Assembly: GCA_963771175.1 (NCBI GenBank)
Contig: CAVYSY010000052.1
Span: 128,001-192,000 of the forward strand
Length of the DNA stretch: 64,000 bases
Source: an uncultured delta proteobacterium
GTDB lineage: Bacteria > Myxococcota > Myxococcia > Myxococcales > Myxococcaceae
Direction: 5' to 3'
Shown here: positions 19,518 through 29,787 of the stretch, one piece after another
How positions within the stretch are numbered: the stretch's first letter is position 1
Layout of the letters: every line of letters starts with the position of its first letter
Program-made: the position numbers and the translations under genes
The notes under the pieces: model-generated
The model's database searches: none
What the model was told of the DNA's origin: nothing
What the model saw: only the letters and a program-made list of their open reading frames with translations

Positions 19518-20870
19518 TCAAGCCTCCGAGGCCCCCACCGGAAGCTCGAGGCGCAGGCGCGCGCCTCCCTCGGCCCGGTTCTCCGCCACCAGCGTGCCCC
19601 CGAACTGCTCCACCATCTCCCGGGAGAGCGCCAGGCCCAGGCCCGTCCCCTTCTCGTGTCCCTTGGTGGTGAAGAAGGTCTCGAAGAGGCGGGGCAGCAC
19701 GTCCGGTGGAAAGCCGGGGCCGTTGTCCTCCACCAGCAGCAGCACCCGCTCGCCCTCCTGCCTGCCGGTGATGCGCACCTCGGCGCCGGGGCGCCCCTCC
19801 AGCGCGTCCCCCGCGTTCACCAGCAGGTTGAGCAGCACCTGCGCCAGCCTCCGGCGGATGGCCAGCACCGGGGGCAGCTCCGCCGGAATGTCCACCTCCA
19901 GCCGGGCCACGTGCTGGAGCTTCAGCCGGGCAATCCGCGCCGCGTCGCTCACCACGTCCGCCAGCGCGCACTCCGTGGGCTCACCCGCGTCCATCCGCGA
20001 GAAGCCCCTCAGGTCCGCGACGATCTGCCGCACGCGCTCGACACCCACGCGCGTCTCACGGAAGACCTCGGCCAGCTCCTCCCGCGACGGGGGAGTCTCG
20101 GACAGCACCTCCTGCTCGAGGTAGTGGAGGTTGGCGCCGATGAAGGCCACCGGGTTGTTGATTTCGTGCACCACGCTCGCCGCGAGCTGCCCGAGCGTGG
20201 CCAGCTTCTCCGAGTGGGTCCGTCGGCGCTCGCTGATGGCCAGCTTCTCGAGGGCCTCGCGCCGCGCTCGCTCCACGCGCCCCTCGGCCTCCGCCCGCTG
20301 GGCCTTGCGGAACTCGCTGGCCCCGTACGCGCCAATGAGCGTGGTCGTCACCACCACCCCGGCCCACAGGAGGACCTGGGACACCGGGCGGCCCTCCACC
20401 CACAGCAGGCTCGAGGCCCCCACGCCGCACAGCACTCCGGAGAGGCTCGCGGAGATGGAGTCCTGCGGGTAGAGCAGGCACAGGATGAGCGGCAGGCAGG
20501 GAAAGAAGTTGAAGTAGACGCTTCCGGTGGCCCCCGTCACGAGCACCAGCCCAATGAAGGACAGGCTGGCGATCGCGCTCTGGACGGCGGCGTGCAAGCG
20601 GACCGTCGACGCGGACTGCGCCTCCCACAGCAGCGCCGAGACCACCATGCCCAGGGCCCAGACGAGGCGGATCGCCAACGCCCAGCCGCTGAGCCCCACG
20701 ACGAGCACATCCAGCGAGTACTGCGACAGGATGCCCCCGGCGAGCAGGAGCAGCATCTTCCGGCGCGGGCTCCACCTCGAGGGCGACTCCGACGCGGTCC
20801 CGACGCTCCACGGGCCCGCCTTCTCGGGGGAGTTCCGGAGGGTGGTGCGGAGAACGGTGGACGGCCCCAT
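19518..20870 (-). CDS. Membrane sensor histidine kinase (HisKA + HATPase)
   Basis: Several TM segments; H-box VVHEINNP; QVLLNLLVNA; EDNGPG; FFTTK..GTGLGL; start uncertain (up to 20897). Confidence 0.92.
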   Translation of the reverse strand: MGPSTVLRTTLRNSPEKAGPWSVGTASESPSRWSPRRKMLLLLAGGILSQYSLDVLVVGLSGWALAIRLVWALGMVVSALLWEAQSASTVRLHAAVQSAIASLSFIGLVLVTGATGSVYFNFFPCLPLILCLLYPQDSISASLSGVLCGVGASSLLWVEGRPVSQVLLWAGVVVTTTLIGAYGASEFRKAQRAEAEGRVERARREALEKLAISERRRTHSEKLATLGQLAASVVHEINNPVAFIGANLHYLEQEVLSETPPSREELAEVFRETRVGVERVRQIVADLRGFSRMDAGEPTECALADVVSDAARIARLKLQHVARLEVDIPAELPPVLAIRRRLAQVLLNLLVNAGDALEGRPGAEVRITGRQEGERVLLLVEDNGPGFPPDVLPRLFETFFTTKGHEKGTGLGLALSREMVEQFGGTLVAENRAEGGARLRLELPVGASEA

Positions 20871-20948
20871 GGGTCGCTCCTGGTAGGGAGCGGCCATCCT
20901 CGCACAGCCCTGGCCCCTCGTCTGGCCCCCCCCTCGGGGACGTACATC

Positions 20949-22712
20949 CTAAAGGAAACTAGACGATGAACGCGTGACGAAGACGAGGTCGTCCACGTCA
21001 TCGTAGACGCCGCCGGGGCACGGCTCGGCGCTGCCCGCGTAGCGGAACACGCCTCGCACCGCCTGCAGCGAGCCCGCGGGCAGCACGAACGTCGCCGACA
21101 ACTCCTGCGCCCCCGGCCGGCTCGGCGTGAGCGTCGTCAGGTACGTCCACGCCGGACCGCGCGCGTCCGCCGCCGAGTACAGGTCCAGCCGGTTCGCCTC
21201 CGGGTCCTCGTACGCCCACACCGTGGCCACCACCCGCACCGTCTTCCCCGGCGCCAGGTTCCCCCCATCCACCGTCGTCACCCGCAGGCCCTCGAGCGCC
21301 TCGTCCCGCGCGTGCTTCCCGACCTCGCCATCCCCGCACGAGCCGTGCAGCGTGTTCGGCGCGTTCGCCTCCGGGCCGAGCGGCCCCCGCCCCGACAGCA
21401 GCGTGCCCGAGCCGCACCCCTGCCCCGCCCCCTCGCACCGCGGCGCCCGCAGCTCGGGGTCGTACAGGGCCCGCTCCACGCCACAGCCCTCCGCGCCACA
21501 CTGCCGCGTCTCCACCTCGCACGGGCCGCACTCCAGCGTCCCACCGCAGCCATCCGCCACCGCGCCACACGCCCGGCCCGCCGCCTCGCACGTCAACGGC
21601 AGGCACACCTCCGGCACCACGTACCGCTCGCTCGTGGCCAGCGTCCCCGTCACATCATTGGAGCCGCCCGCCACCAGCACCGCGCCGTCCTCCAGCCGAG
21701 TCACGCCCGCGCCCCGCCGCGCCTCCCGCAGCGCCGGCTCCGCGCTCCACGAGTCCGACGCCGGGTCGTACCGCTCCACCGACGCGAGCGCCCCCGACAG
21801 CACGTGGAAGCCGCCCACCACCAGCACCCGCCCGTCCTCGGCCACCAGCGCCCCGTGCGCCTCGCGCGGCGTGCCCGGCGCCGCCGCCAGCCGCCACTCG
21901 CCGCTCACCGGCTCGTACAGCTCCGCCGTGGCCGCCGCGCGCGCCGTCGTGCCTCCCACCACCAGCACCCGCCCGTCCGGCAACAGCGTCACCGAGTGCC
22001 CCGAGCGGTGCGTCCCCGCCGCGCCTCCCACCGGCCCCGCCTTCGTCCATTGGCCGCTCGTCGGCTCGTACAGCTCCGCCTGCAGTCCGCTCACGAAGAG
22101 CACCTTGCCGCTCGCCAGCACCACGCCCGTCTGGGCCCCGCCGCGCGCGGACGTCGGCGCCCCCGTGCGCGTCCACCGCCCCGTCGCCGGGTCGAACAGC
22201 TCCGCCGAGCGCACCGGGTGCCGGTCCACGTCGAAGCCTCCCGCCACCAGCACGCGCCCGTCCGGCAGCAGCACCGCCGCGGGGTCATTGCGCGCCTCGG
22301 CCATGTCCGGCACCGGCGTCCACCGGCCCGTGCCCGCGTCGTACAGCTCGGCGCTCGCCAGCGCTCCAAAGGAGGCCGAGTACGTGCCGCCCGCCACCAG
22401 CACGCGCCCGTCCCTCAGCGCCACCACCGCGTGGTTGCGCCGGGGCGTGCGCATCGCTCCCACCGCGCGCCACTCCCCTGTCTCCGGGTCGTACACCTCG
22501 CTGCTCGACAGCGTGCGGTTGCCGTCATGTCCCCCCGCCGCCAGCACGCGCCCGTCCGTCAGCGCCACCAGGGGCAGCAGCTTGCGCGGCGTTCCCAGCA
22601 GCGCCTGGGACACCCGCTCCACCGACAGCTCCTCCGGCGGCGGAGCCGAGCTGCACGAGAACACCAGCGTGAAGAGCGCCAGCATGGCGCAGGACGTCGA
22701 AACCCTTTTCAT
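20949..22712 (-). CDS. Kelch-repeat lipoprotein with Cys-rich linker and C-terminal beta domain
   Basis: Lipobox VFSC; repeated DGRVLVAGG...AELYDP..W; linker CLPLTC..CGAVADGCGGTLECG. Confidence 0.88.
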   Translation of the reverse strand: MKRVSTSCAMLALFTLVFSCSSAPPPEELSVERVSQALLGTPRKLLPLVALTDGRVLAAGGHDGNRTLSSSEVYDPETGEWRAVGAMRTPRRNHAVVALRDGRVLVAGGTYSASFGALASAELYDAGTGRWTPVPDMAEARNDPAAVLLPDGRVLVAGGFDVDRHPVRSAELFDPATGRWTRTGAPTSARGGAQTGVVLASGKVLFVSGLQAELYEPTSGQWTKAGPVGGAAGTHRSGHSVTLLPDGRVLVVGGTTARAAATAELYEPVSGEWRLAAAPGTPREAHGALVAEDGRVLVVGGFHVLSGALASVERYDPASDSWSAEPALREARRGAGVTRLEDGAVLVAGGSNDVTGTLATSERYVVPEVCLPLTCEAAGRACGAVADGCGGTLECGPCEVETRQCGAEGCGVERALYDPELRAPRCEGAGQGCGSGTLLSGRGPLGPEANAPNTLHGSCGDGEVGKHARDEALEGLRVTTVDGGNLAPGKTVRVVATVWAYEDPEANRLDLYSAADARGPAWTYLTTLTPSRPGAQELSATFVLPAGSLQAVRGVFRYAGSAEPCPGGVYDDVDDLVFVTRSSSSFL

Positions 22713-22840
22713 GACCCTTCCCACTCCGTTCCGAGAGGGACGGGTCTACACGCCGGGTCTGACATCTCCGGACCGCACTTCCCTTGCGATTCCGGGGGGT
22801 TATCGTCCTCCGTCCGACATCTGCGCGGGGCTCGTGCCGC

Positions 22841-22871
22841 GGCCCGTCATGGGCCCGTCATGGGCCCATCA
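22841..22871 (+). repeat. Short 11-bp tandem repeat
   Basis: ggcccgtcatg twice, then ggcccatca. Confidence 0.6.
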
Positions 22872-23204
22872 CTGGCTCGTCATGGAGCCGTCCAGGTCGT
22901 GGTGCCAGACGTGCTCCTCGTCCTCCACGTTCACCGGCTCCGCCTCCAGGCCCTCGTGGTGCCGGGGCGGCAGCGCGCCACCGTCATCGTCCTCCAGCTT
23001 CAGCAGGTGCGGCGTGCGGTCGAGGAACACCTCGCCGTCGCGCACGTGGCGCACGTCCGCGTACTCCACCAGGAACTCGTCGCGCGAGAGCCGCCGCGGC
23101 TCCAGCTCGAAGTGGCTCTCCCCCACCGCGCCCACGCGCCCCACCCTCCGCCCGTCCGCGTCCCGCACCACCATTCCCTCGCGCACTTCCTCATGTCCCA
23201 CCAT
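22869..23204 (-). CDS. DUF2171/PRC-barrel-like small protein
   Basis: GGAGG RBS; VREGMVVRDADGRRVGRV...VRHVRDGEVFL. Confidence 0.7.
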   Translation of the reverse strand: MVGHEEVREGMVVRDADGRRVGRVGAVGESHFELEPRRLSRDEFLVEYADVRHVRDGEVFLDRTPHLLKLEDDDGGALPPRHHEGLEAEPVNVEDEEHVWHHDLDGSMTSQ

Positions 23205-23384
23205 GGCGTCCTCCTCTCCTTCTGAGTGGGAAACATCCGGCGCCGCGGCAATGGCCGACGGCTCGCTGGGAGAGCGGGCCGGCGGACAGGGGCTGGCTCC
23301 TCGCCCTGGCGCGCGTGCGGAAGGTGGCGGCGGGGGGCCGCGGGAAGGGCCGGTGCCTAACGTAGGTCCAGAGAGGAGGTCGCC

Positions 23385-23582
23385 ATGCTCCTGGAATTGA
23401 CCGCTTTGGAGGCCCGAGACCTCAAGGAGATCCTGGACTCGTCCCTGAGAGAGTTGCTCGACGAAATCGCCCACGCCGACCACCGCGCCTACCGCGAGAT
23501 GCTGCAGGAGCGCTACAGCCGGCTCGAACAGCTCAACCGGCGGATGGAAGCGGCCGCCGAGAGCGATCAGATCTACGCCTGA
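23385..23582 (+). CDS. Small helical hypothetical protein, 65 aa
   Basis: GAGGAGG RBS; LRELLDEIAHADHRAYREML. Confidence 0.75.
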   Translation: MLLELTALEARDLKEILDSSLRELLDEIAHADHRAYREMLQERYSRLEQLNRRMEAAAESDQIYA

Positions 23583-23836
23583 GCCGGGCGAGGGACGTCC
23601 GGCATGCGGCCCAGCGGAGAGCCGCGCTCCGGGAGCCAAGAAGGAGGGCCCGGGCAGGAGGGGCCATCCGAACTGGCGCCCGGACAGGCTGGGTGCGCTC
23701 CGCCCGAGAGGACTGGGAGGCGACAGGCGCTCCGTTCGCCATGCCCTGTGCATCCTGGCTGGCCCAGGCGCATCCTCCAGGCGTGAGGATGTGAGCATGC
23801 GGGCCGTGCCGCGTGTGCTCGGCCGTGGGGGTGGAG

Positions 23837-24838
23837 ATGGCGAGCCCGACCGTGCTGGACACCCCGCTCCCCATGAAGCGGGGACGCTGGTGGTGGGTGC
23901 CCGGCGTCGTCCTGCTGCTCGCCCTCGTGGCCTTCGTGCTCGCGCGCCACACCGAGGAGGAGGAGTTCCTCCGGCTGCTGCGCCAGGCCCGGCCCGGGTG
24001 GCTGCTGGTGGCCCTGGTGCTCCAGATGGCCACCTACCTGTGCGACGGCGTCCTGTGGCAGCGCGTGCTGGCGCGCACGGGAGTGCGGGCCTCGGTGTGG
24101 GAGCTGGCGCGGCTGTCACTGATGAAGCTCACCTTCGATCAAATCATCCCCACGGCCGGCATCGGGGGCTCGCTGATGGTGGCGCGGGGCCTGCGCAAGA
24201 GGGGGGGCACGCCGGGAGCGGCGGCGGCGGCCATCCTCATCACCCTGCTGTGCTTCTACGCGGCCCAGGCGCTCTCGGTGGGGTCGAGCCTCGTCTTCCT
24301 CTGGTCCCACGAGGAGCTCAACGCGCTGGTCCGGTGGCTGGCCACGGCCTTCTCCGTGGTGGCCGTCGCCGTGCCCGTCGTCATCCTGACGGTGGCGGGA
24401 CGCCAACACGGGCGGCCCGGCCGGTGGCTGCGGCGCGTGCCCGGGCTGTCGGCCCTGCTGAAGCTCCTGGCCGAGGTCCCCCCGCGACTGCTACGCGACC
24501 CGCGACTGCTGGCCGAGGGCACCCTGCTCCAGGTGGTCATCTTCGTCCTCGACGCCGCCACCCTGGGCTCGCTCGTGCGGGCGCTGGGCGAGTCCGTCGC
24601 GCTCGGCACCGTCTTCGTCAGCTTCATGATGGCGTCCGTGGCGCAGACGGTGTCCTTCATCCCCGGGGGCGTGGGGACCTTCGAGGCCGCCTCGGTGGCC
24701 ATGCTCTCCTTCCTCGGGGTGCCGGTGGAGGCGGCGCTGACGGCCACCCTGCTGTTACGCGGCTTCACCCTCTGGATACCGTTGCTCCCTGGCTTCTACC
24801 TGTTGCGCTGGAGCGCCCGGCAGGGAGGCCGGACGTGA
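23837..24838 (+). CDS. Lysylphosphatidylglycerol-synthase TM / flippase-like membrane protein (UPF0104)
   Basis: Multi-pass; DQIIPTAGIGG, IPGGVGTFEA, LLLRGFTLWIP. Confidence 0.85.
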   Translation: MASPTVLDTPLPMKRGRWWWVPGVVLLLALVAFVLARHTEEEEFLRLLRQARPGWLLVALVLQMATYLCDGVLWQRVLARTGVRASVWELARLSLMKLTFDQIIPTAGIGGSLMVARGLRKRGGTPGAAAAAILITLLCFYAAQALSVGSSLVFLWSHEELNALVRWLATAFSVVAVAVPVVILTVAGRQHGRPGRWLRRVPGLSALLKLLAEVPPRLLRDPRLLAEGTLLQVVIFVLDAATLGSLVRALGESVALGTVFVSFMMASVAQTVSFIPGGVGTFEAASVAMLSFLGVPVEAALTATLLLRGFTLWIPLLPGFYLLRWSARQGGRT

Positions 24839-24891
24839 AGCCTCGGAGGGCAGTAAGGGCTGACCCGAGCACGACAACCTGACACAACAGG

Positions 24892-26145
24892 TCAGTCCCG
24901 CGAGCCCCCACCCTTCTTCTCCAGCTCGCGCAGAATGGCCTCCGGATCATCCTCCTCCTGGAGCACGAAGACGCCCTCGTCGGCGTGCGGCTCCGCGGAC
25001 GCCCTCGGTGAAGGCGGGGGACGCCGCTGCGGGGGCGGAGCGGGGCGTGGCGCCGGCCTCGTCCGCGCGGGCGTCGGGGTGAGCGGCTCCGTCCGAGGCT
25101 CCAGCGGGAGCGGGGCCGGCGGCAACGGGGCCGGTGCCTCCTCCGTGGCCGAGGGCAGGTTCCAGTCCGTCTTCCGGTTCAGCCACTCCCCGTAGCGCGT
25201 GAAGGTCCAGGAGCCATCGGCGGCCCCGGTCTCGATCGCCGACGGCAGCTTGAAGAAGAACCCCTGGCGGATGAGGCTCCTCACCGGCGTGCTGCCCATG
25301 AGAATTTCGCACTCGGGGATGCGGATGCCGAGGTCGTCGCGGTAGCGCAGGCGCTGGCACACCACTCCGACGAGGCAGTCGGCGAGCTGCGCGCACACCG
25401 CTCCTTGTATCTCCGGCGGGAAGGAGGCCACCACGCGCTGGAGCGCCTCGGGCGCGCTGGAGGAGTGGACGGTGGCGAGCACGAGGTGCCCCGTCTCCGC
25501 GGCGTTCAGCGTCAGCCTCATCACCTCCGGCTCGCGCAGCTCGCCAATCATCAGCACGTCCGGGTCCTCCCGCAGCGCATCCACGAGCGCCTGGGCGAAC
25601 GAGGGCGTGTCGCGTCCCACCTCGCGCTGGCGGATGAAGGACTGGCGCGGCGCCAGCGCGTACTCGATGGGGCTCTCCACCGTGATGATGTGGCGGGCCT
25701 CGCTCAGGTTGATTTCATTGAGCAGCGCCGCGAGGGTGGACGTCTTGCCCATGCCGGTGGGGCCACTCACCAGCACGAGCCCGTGAGCGGGCTCGATGAG
25801 GCGCCGCAGCTCCGGGTGCAGGTTGAGCTTCTTGAGCGTGGCCTGCGAGGACGCGAGCAGGCGGATGGCGAAGCCCACCCCGCGCGCGCTGCGCAGGATG
25901 TTGATGCGGCACCGCTGCCCCTCGAGGTTGTACGAGCCGTCGTACGAGCAGCGCTCGATGAACGCGGGCCAGTCGCTCTCCCCGATGATGTCCCGAGCCA
26001 TCTCGGTGAGCGCCGCGGCGGGAACGGGCTCGCCGGTGAGCCGCAGTTCGCCGCGAACCCGCAGGGCCATGGGCATTCCGCCCTCGAGATGGATGTCACT
26101 CGCGCCCTGCTCCCGGGCGAGCCTGATGATGGATTCGAGCCTCAT
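24892..26145 (-). CDS. pilT: PilT/PilU-family type IV pilus retraction ATPase paralogue with Pro-rich tail
   Basis: ASDIHL, Walker A GPTGMGKTST, TVESPIEY, QREVG, LREDPDVLMIGELR, AETGHLVLATVH. Confidence 0.88.
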   Translation of the reverse strand: MRLESIIRLAREQGASDIHLEGGMPMALRVRGELRLTGEPVPAAALTEMARDIIGESDWPAFIERCSYDGSYNLEGQRCRINILRSARGVGFAIRLLASSQATLKKLNLHPELRRLIEPAHGLVLVSGPTGMGKTSTLAALLNEINLSEARHIITVESPIEYALAPRQSFIRQREVGRDTPSFAQALVDALREDPDVLMIGELREPEVMRLTLNAAETGHLVLATVHSSSAPEALQRVVASFPPEIQGAVCAQLADCLVGVVCQRLRYRDDLGIRIPECEILMGSTPVRSLIRQGFFFKLPSAIETGAADGSWTFTRYGEWLNRKTDWNLPSATEEAPAPLPPAPLPLEPRTEPLTPTPARTRPAPRPAPPPQRRPPPSPRASAEPHADEGVFVLQEEDDPEAILRELEKKGGGSRD

Positions 26146-26361
26146 GCCTTCCCCTCCAGACACAGGGGTTTAGCAAGGGGGATGCCGACTCATCACCGGG
26201 CCCGTCCTCCCAGGAGTGCGGGCCGGAACATGCCAACGTGTCCGAGTGACGGAAAGGGGACGCGACAGTCTGTCCGGACGTGCGGGGGATTGGCCACCTC
26301 CAGCCCCCGTGAGAGCCAGGCGCACCAGTCAACGTGCCGCTGCCGCCAGAGGCGAGCCGGC

Positions 26362-27117
26362 TCAGGACCTTCGGGCATATTGCCGCAGGGCAAAGGCAGC
26401 GCCTTGCGGGTCCTCGCACTGAGCGACACGGTCGCCACCGGAGAGCTGCATCGGTTGTTCGTTCAGCACCCGGCCACCGAGAGACCGCACCTTCTCGACC
26501 GTGGCCTCGAGGTCATCCACCGTCAGGTAGAAGAGCCAGTGGGTGTGGATGGACGGGATGCGTGCCGTGTTGACCATGCCGCCCACGTTCCGCCCGGCCC
26601 CGTCCCAGGTAAACAGCTGATACGTCCCCACCTCGGGCCCCAGCTCCAAGGCCTCGGTCGCCCGCCATCCGAACAGCTCCGAGTAGCTGGACCACGCGTG
26701 CTCACGGTCGATCGTGTTGAGCTCGTGCCACGCGACAGCCCCGAGGCCCACGCCACTCCTTCCGGAGCTCATCGCGAATACCGCGCCTTGCGGGTCCTTG
26801 AGGATGGCGACGCGTTGGCCCTGCGCGGGCTGCTGCACGGGGCCCAGCATCTGGCCACCGAGCGCCACGAAGCGACGCGCCGCTGCATCGACGTCGTCGA
26901 CGCCGATATGGCCGAGCCAGTGCGCCGGGGCTCCTTGGGCCCGCGCCCGCTCGGGCAATGCCATCAGTTCGCCCACGCGCTGCTCGCCCGCCCAGAACAC
27001 CCGGGATTCGCCCGACCGTTGGACCTGCCATCCCATGAGGCCTGCGTAGAACGCCTGGGCCGCCTCCAAGTCCGTGGTTCTCAGGTCGTACGAAACGAAC
27101 GTGCAGGGAGTCGCCAT
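26362..27117 (-). CDS. Two-domain VOC/glyoxalase-family protein
   Basis: YDLRTTD..AQAFY, HWLGHIGVDDVD, DPQGAVF; second repeat WHELNT..WLFYLTVDDLE..DPQGAAF. Confidence 0.88.
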   Translation of the reverse strand: MATPCTFVSYDLRTTDLEAAQAFYAGLMGWQVQRSGESRVFWAGEQRVGELMALPERARAQGAPAHWLGHIGVDDVDAAARRFVALGGQMLGPVQQPAQGQRVAILKDPQGAVFAMSSGRSGVGLGAVAWHELNTIDREHAWSSYSELFGWRATEALELGPEVGTYQLFTWDGAGRNVGGMVNTARIPSIHTHWLFYLTVDDLEATVEKVRSLGGRVLNEQPMQLSGGDRVAQCEDPQGAAFALRQYARRS

Positions 27118-27196
27118 CGCCTCTTTCTCGGGTTCAACCCGCCGCCACGTCATGCGGCAGCGGGATGCGGTGAGTGTCCGCCAGGGAGATGCGGAG

Positions 27197-28653
27197 TCAA
27201 CCCCGCTCGAGGGAGCGTTTCGTCCCGGCTGCCGCCGCGAGGCAGGTGCGCAGGCGCCGGAGTCCCTCGTCGATGCGCGCTGTCGGCATCGAGCCATAGC
27301 CGAGCACCAGGCCAGGCTGAGCGGGAGTGCTCGTGTAGTAGCGGGAGAGCGCGACGAGTCCGACTCCCGCCGCCTTCGCACGCACCACCGCCTCCCGCTC
27401 CAGCTTCAGGTCGCCCCGCCGGAAGGTCGCGCTCAGGTGCAGGCCCGCCATGGAGGGGAGGGGCTGGAGCCAGTCGCCGAAGTGGCGCGCCAATCCCTCC
27501 GCGACGCGCTCATGCCGGCTCTCGTATTCGCGTCGCATCTTGCGGATGTGCCGCGCGAGGAGCCCCTCGTCGATGAAGCGCGCGAGCGCCGCCTGCGTCG
27601 GAAGCTGGCCGTGCCAGTCACTCACGCGCCTGGCCGCCGGAGCTCCCTCTGGAGGAGGGCGGGAGCGATGAGGAACCCCAGGCGCAGCGCCGGGAGCATG
27701 ACCTTCGAGAACGAGCCGACGTAGATGACTCGGCCGCAGCGGTCCAGGCCATGCAGCGTCTCCAGCGGACGGCCACCGAAGCGGAACTCGCTGTCGTAGT
27801 CGTCTTCGATCACCACCGCGTCCCGTTGCTCCGCCCAGTCGAGCAGCGCGCTCCGCCGGGCGGGCGACATGGGCATGCCGAGCGGGAACTGGTGCGAGGG
27901 AGTGACGTAGACGAGCGCGCGTCCGGTCCGGCAGCGCACGCACCTCGAGGCCCTCGGCGTCGACGGGAACGCGGGACGACGCGCGCCCCCAGGGACTGGA
28001 ACAGCAGCCGGGCAGGCGGATAGCCCGGCTCCTCCACGGCGACGCAGTCCCCCGGCTCGATGAGCACCCGCCCGATGAGGTCGAGCGCCTGCTGCGCGCC
28101 GTTCGTGACGATGACGTCCTCCCGCGTCCGCGCGCACGCCACGCGCGACACCGACATGCCGGGCCACCGCTTCTCGTAGCCCGGGGTGACCGGCCGCCTC
28201 GCCGTATCCCGCCGGCATCGCGGCGGCACGCAACTGGCGCGTCATCAGCCGACGCCACGCCTCGAAGGGAAAGAGCTGCGCATCCGGAATGCCGACGCGA
28301 AAGTCATAGGCGGAGGGGGCCTCGGGTGCGCCCGGGGCGGGCTGCTCGCTCCAGAAGGCCCGGGCGCGCAGGTGCACCCCGGAGCTCGCTCGAGGCCGGC
28401 CGCCACGCGCGGGTGCTTCGCCCTGGACGAAGCTGCCCGCCCGGGGGCGGCCCGCCAGCAGCCCCTCGGCGGTGAGCCATTCATAGGCAACGCTCACCGT
28501 GTTGCGGGACACCTTCAGGCGCCGGGCCAGCTCCCGGGTGGGCGGCACCCGTTCTCCCCGTCGCAGGCGCCCATCGAGGATGGCCGTGCGCAGCTCGCGG
28601 TAGATCTGCCCGGCGAGGTCTCTCCGGCTCTGGAGGTTGACGTGAAGGTCCAT
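27197..28653 (-). pseudogene. MocR/GabR-family PLP-dependent GntR regulator with frameshifts (probably assembly errors)
   Basis: wHTH PPTRELARRLKVSRNTV; VTNGAQQAL; TPSHQFPLG; IEDDYDSEFR; GSFSKVMLPALRLG. Confidence 0.85.
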
Positions 28654-28670
28654 GCGAACCGGACCCATAG

Positions 28671-28716
28671 ATTGGCCCAATGAGATTCGTCAATTCTGGC
28701 TCCGCCATCAGGCCAG
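28671..28716. promoter_or_regulatory. Candidate MocR operator in the divergent intergenic region
   Basis: ATTGG-C-CCAAT palindrome at 28671-28681 and CTGGC-N11-GCCAG at 28696-28716. Confidence 0.4.
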
Positions 28717-28756
28717 TGCCGCGGGCACTCTGTCGTCACTTCTCGACGGAGACCGC

Positions 28757-29215
28757 ATGACTCTCGCCAATCCCTTCGCTTCGCACCCCATCGACACCGA
28801 GCGCATCCCGTGGATTCCGATGGGGCCTCCCGGGCTCTCGTTCAAGCCGCTCCGCTTCTTCCGGGACGGCAGCGGCTGGACCTATCTCTTCCGGCTGGAG
28901 CCCGGCACCCGCATTCCGCGGCACCGGCACACCGGCGAGGTGCACGGGTTCAACCTCGCGGGCAGGCGCAAGCTCCTCGATACCGGGGAAGAGATTGGCC
29001 CGGGCACCTACGTCTATGAGCCGCCCGGCAACGTCGACAGTTGGATGGCCGTCGGCGACGAGCCGGTGGTTCTCCTCATCACCGTGCGCGGCGCGATCGA
29101 ATACCTGGGGAAGGACGACGAGGTCGTCGGCCAGGTGACGTCGAGCGACCGGCTCGAGACCTACCAGCGCTGGTGCGAGGAGAACGGCGCCGAATTCCTC
29201 GCGACCCGCGAGTGA
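28757..29215 (+). CDS. Cupin, 2,4'-dihydroxyacetophenone dioxygenase/ChrR-like
   Basis: IPW, PRHRHTGEVHGF, GTYVYEPPG, VRGAIEY. Confidence 0.8.
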   Translation: MTLANPFASHPIDTERIPWIPMGPPGLSFKPLRFFRDGSGWTYLFRLEPGTRIPRHRHTGEVHGFNLAGRRKLLDTGEEIGPGTYVYEPPGNVDSWMAVGDEPVVLLITVRGAIEYLGKDDEVVGQVTSSDRLETYQRWCEENGAEFLATRE

Positions 29216-29254
29216 CGCTCCGGAGGCCCATCGGAAGGTGTGCGTCGGAAGGTG

Positions 29255-29707
29255 TCAGAGACTCGTACTGCTGAAGGTCACGGTTCTTCCGCGCAGCCGC
29301 ACCACCAGCAGCGTGACGCACAGTGCGCACAAAACGCCGAGGAAGAGGGTGCTGAACAACGGCGCCTTCCACGCGCCGGAGTGACCCGCGAGGATCATCG
29401 CTGTCTTTCGCGGACGCGGATCCACCAGCACCCGCACGGTGGAGCCCTCGGGATATTGGGTGTACTGCGTCTGGCCCACCTGGATGCGTGACTGCAGATT
29501 CGGCTGCACGCTGTTCCCAGAGAGCCGGACATCGAGGAAGTAGCTGGTGGGCTTGCCTCCCTGCCACTCCCGGCCCACCACCACGCCGGTCTCCTGAACA
29601 CCCACTTTCGTGAGCAGGGACGCGGTGCGGTACTCCCGGAACGACATGACCGTGCCCACGAACGATACGAGCGCGACCACCGCGGCGATCAGGATCTGAC
29701 GGTTCAT
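29255..29707 (-). CDS. DUF3592-like membrane protein
   Basis: TM - G..ETGVVV...G.TVRVLVDP - TM architecture. Confidence 0.6.
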   Translation of the reverse strand: MNRQILIAAVVALVSFVGTVMSFREYRTASLLTKVGVQETGVVVGREWQGGKPTSYFLDVRLSGNSVQPNLQSRIQVGQTQYTQYPEGSTVRVLVDPRPRKTAMILAGHSGAWKAPLFSTLFLGVLCALCVTLLVVRLRGRTVTFSSTSL

Positions 29708-29760
29708 ACCGCTGCGGAGGCTACCAGAAACCCCACCCGCCTCCTGGGCGCGCATTTCAG

Positions 29761-29787
29761 AAACCTGTCCGACTGTCGGACAGGTTT
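29761..29787. repeat. 27-bp palindrome (REP-like), copy 3
   Basis: AAACCTGTCCGACTGTCGGACAGGTTT; its flanks match the reverse complement of the copy 1 flanks. Confidence 0.9.

Noticed and set aside
21127..23400. 757-aa and 637-aa plus-strand ORFs with repeats
   Set aside because: Antisense reflections of the kelch repeats
9093..29787. Palindrome copies as CRISPR repeats
   Set aside because: Copies are 9-12 kb apart, with no spacer array and no cas genes
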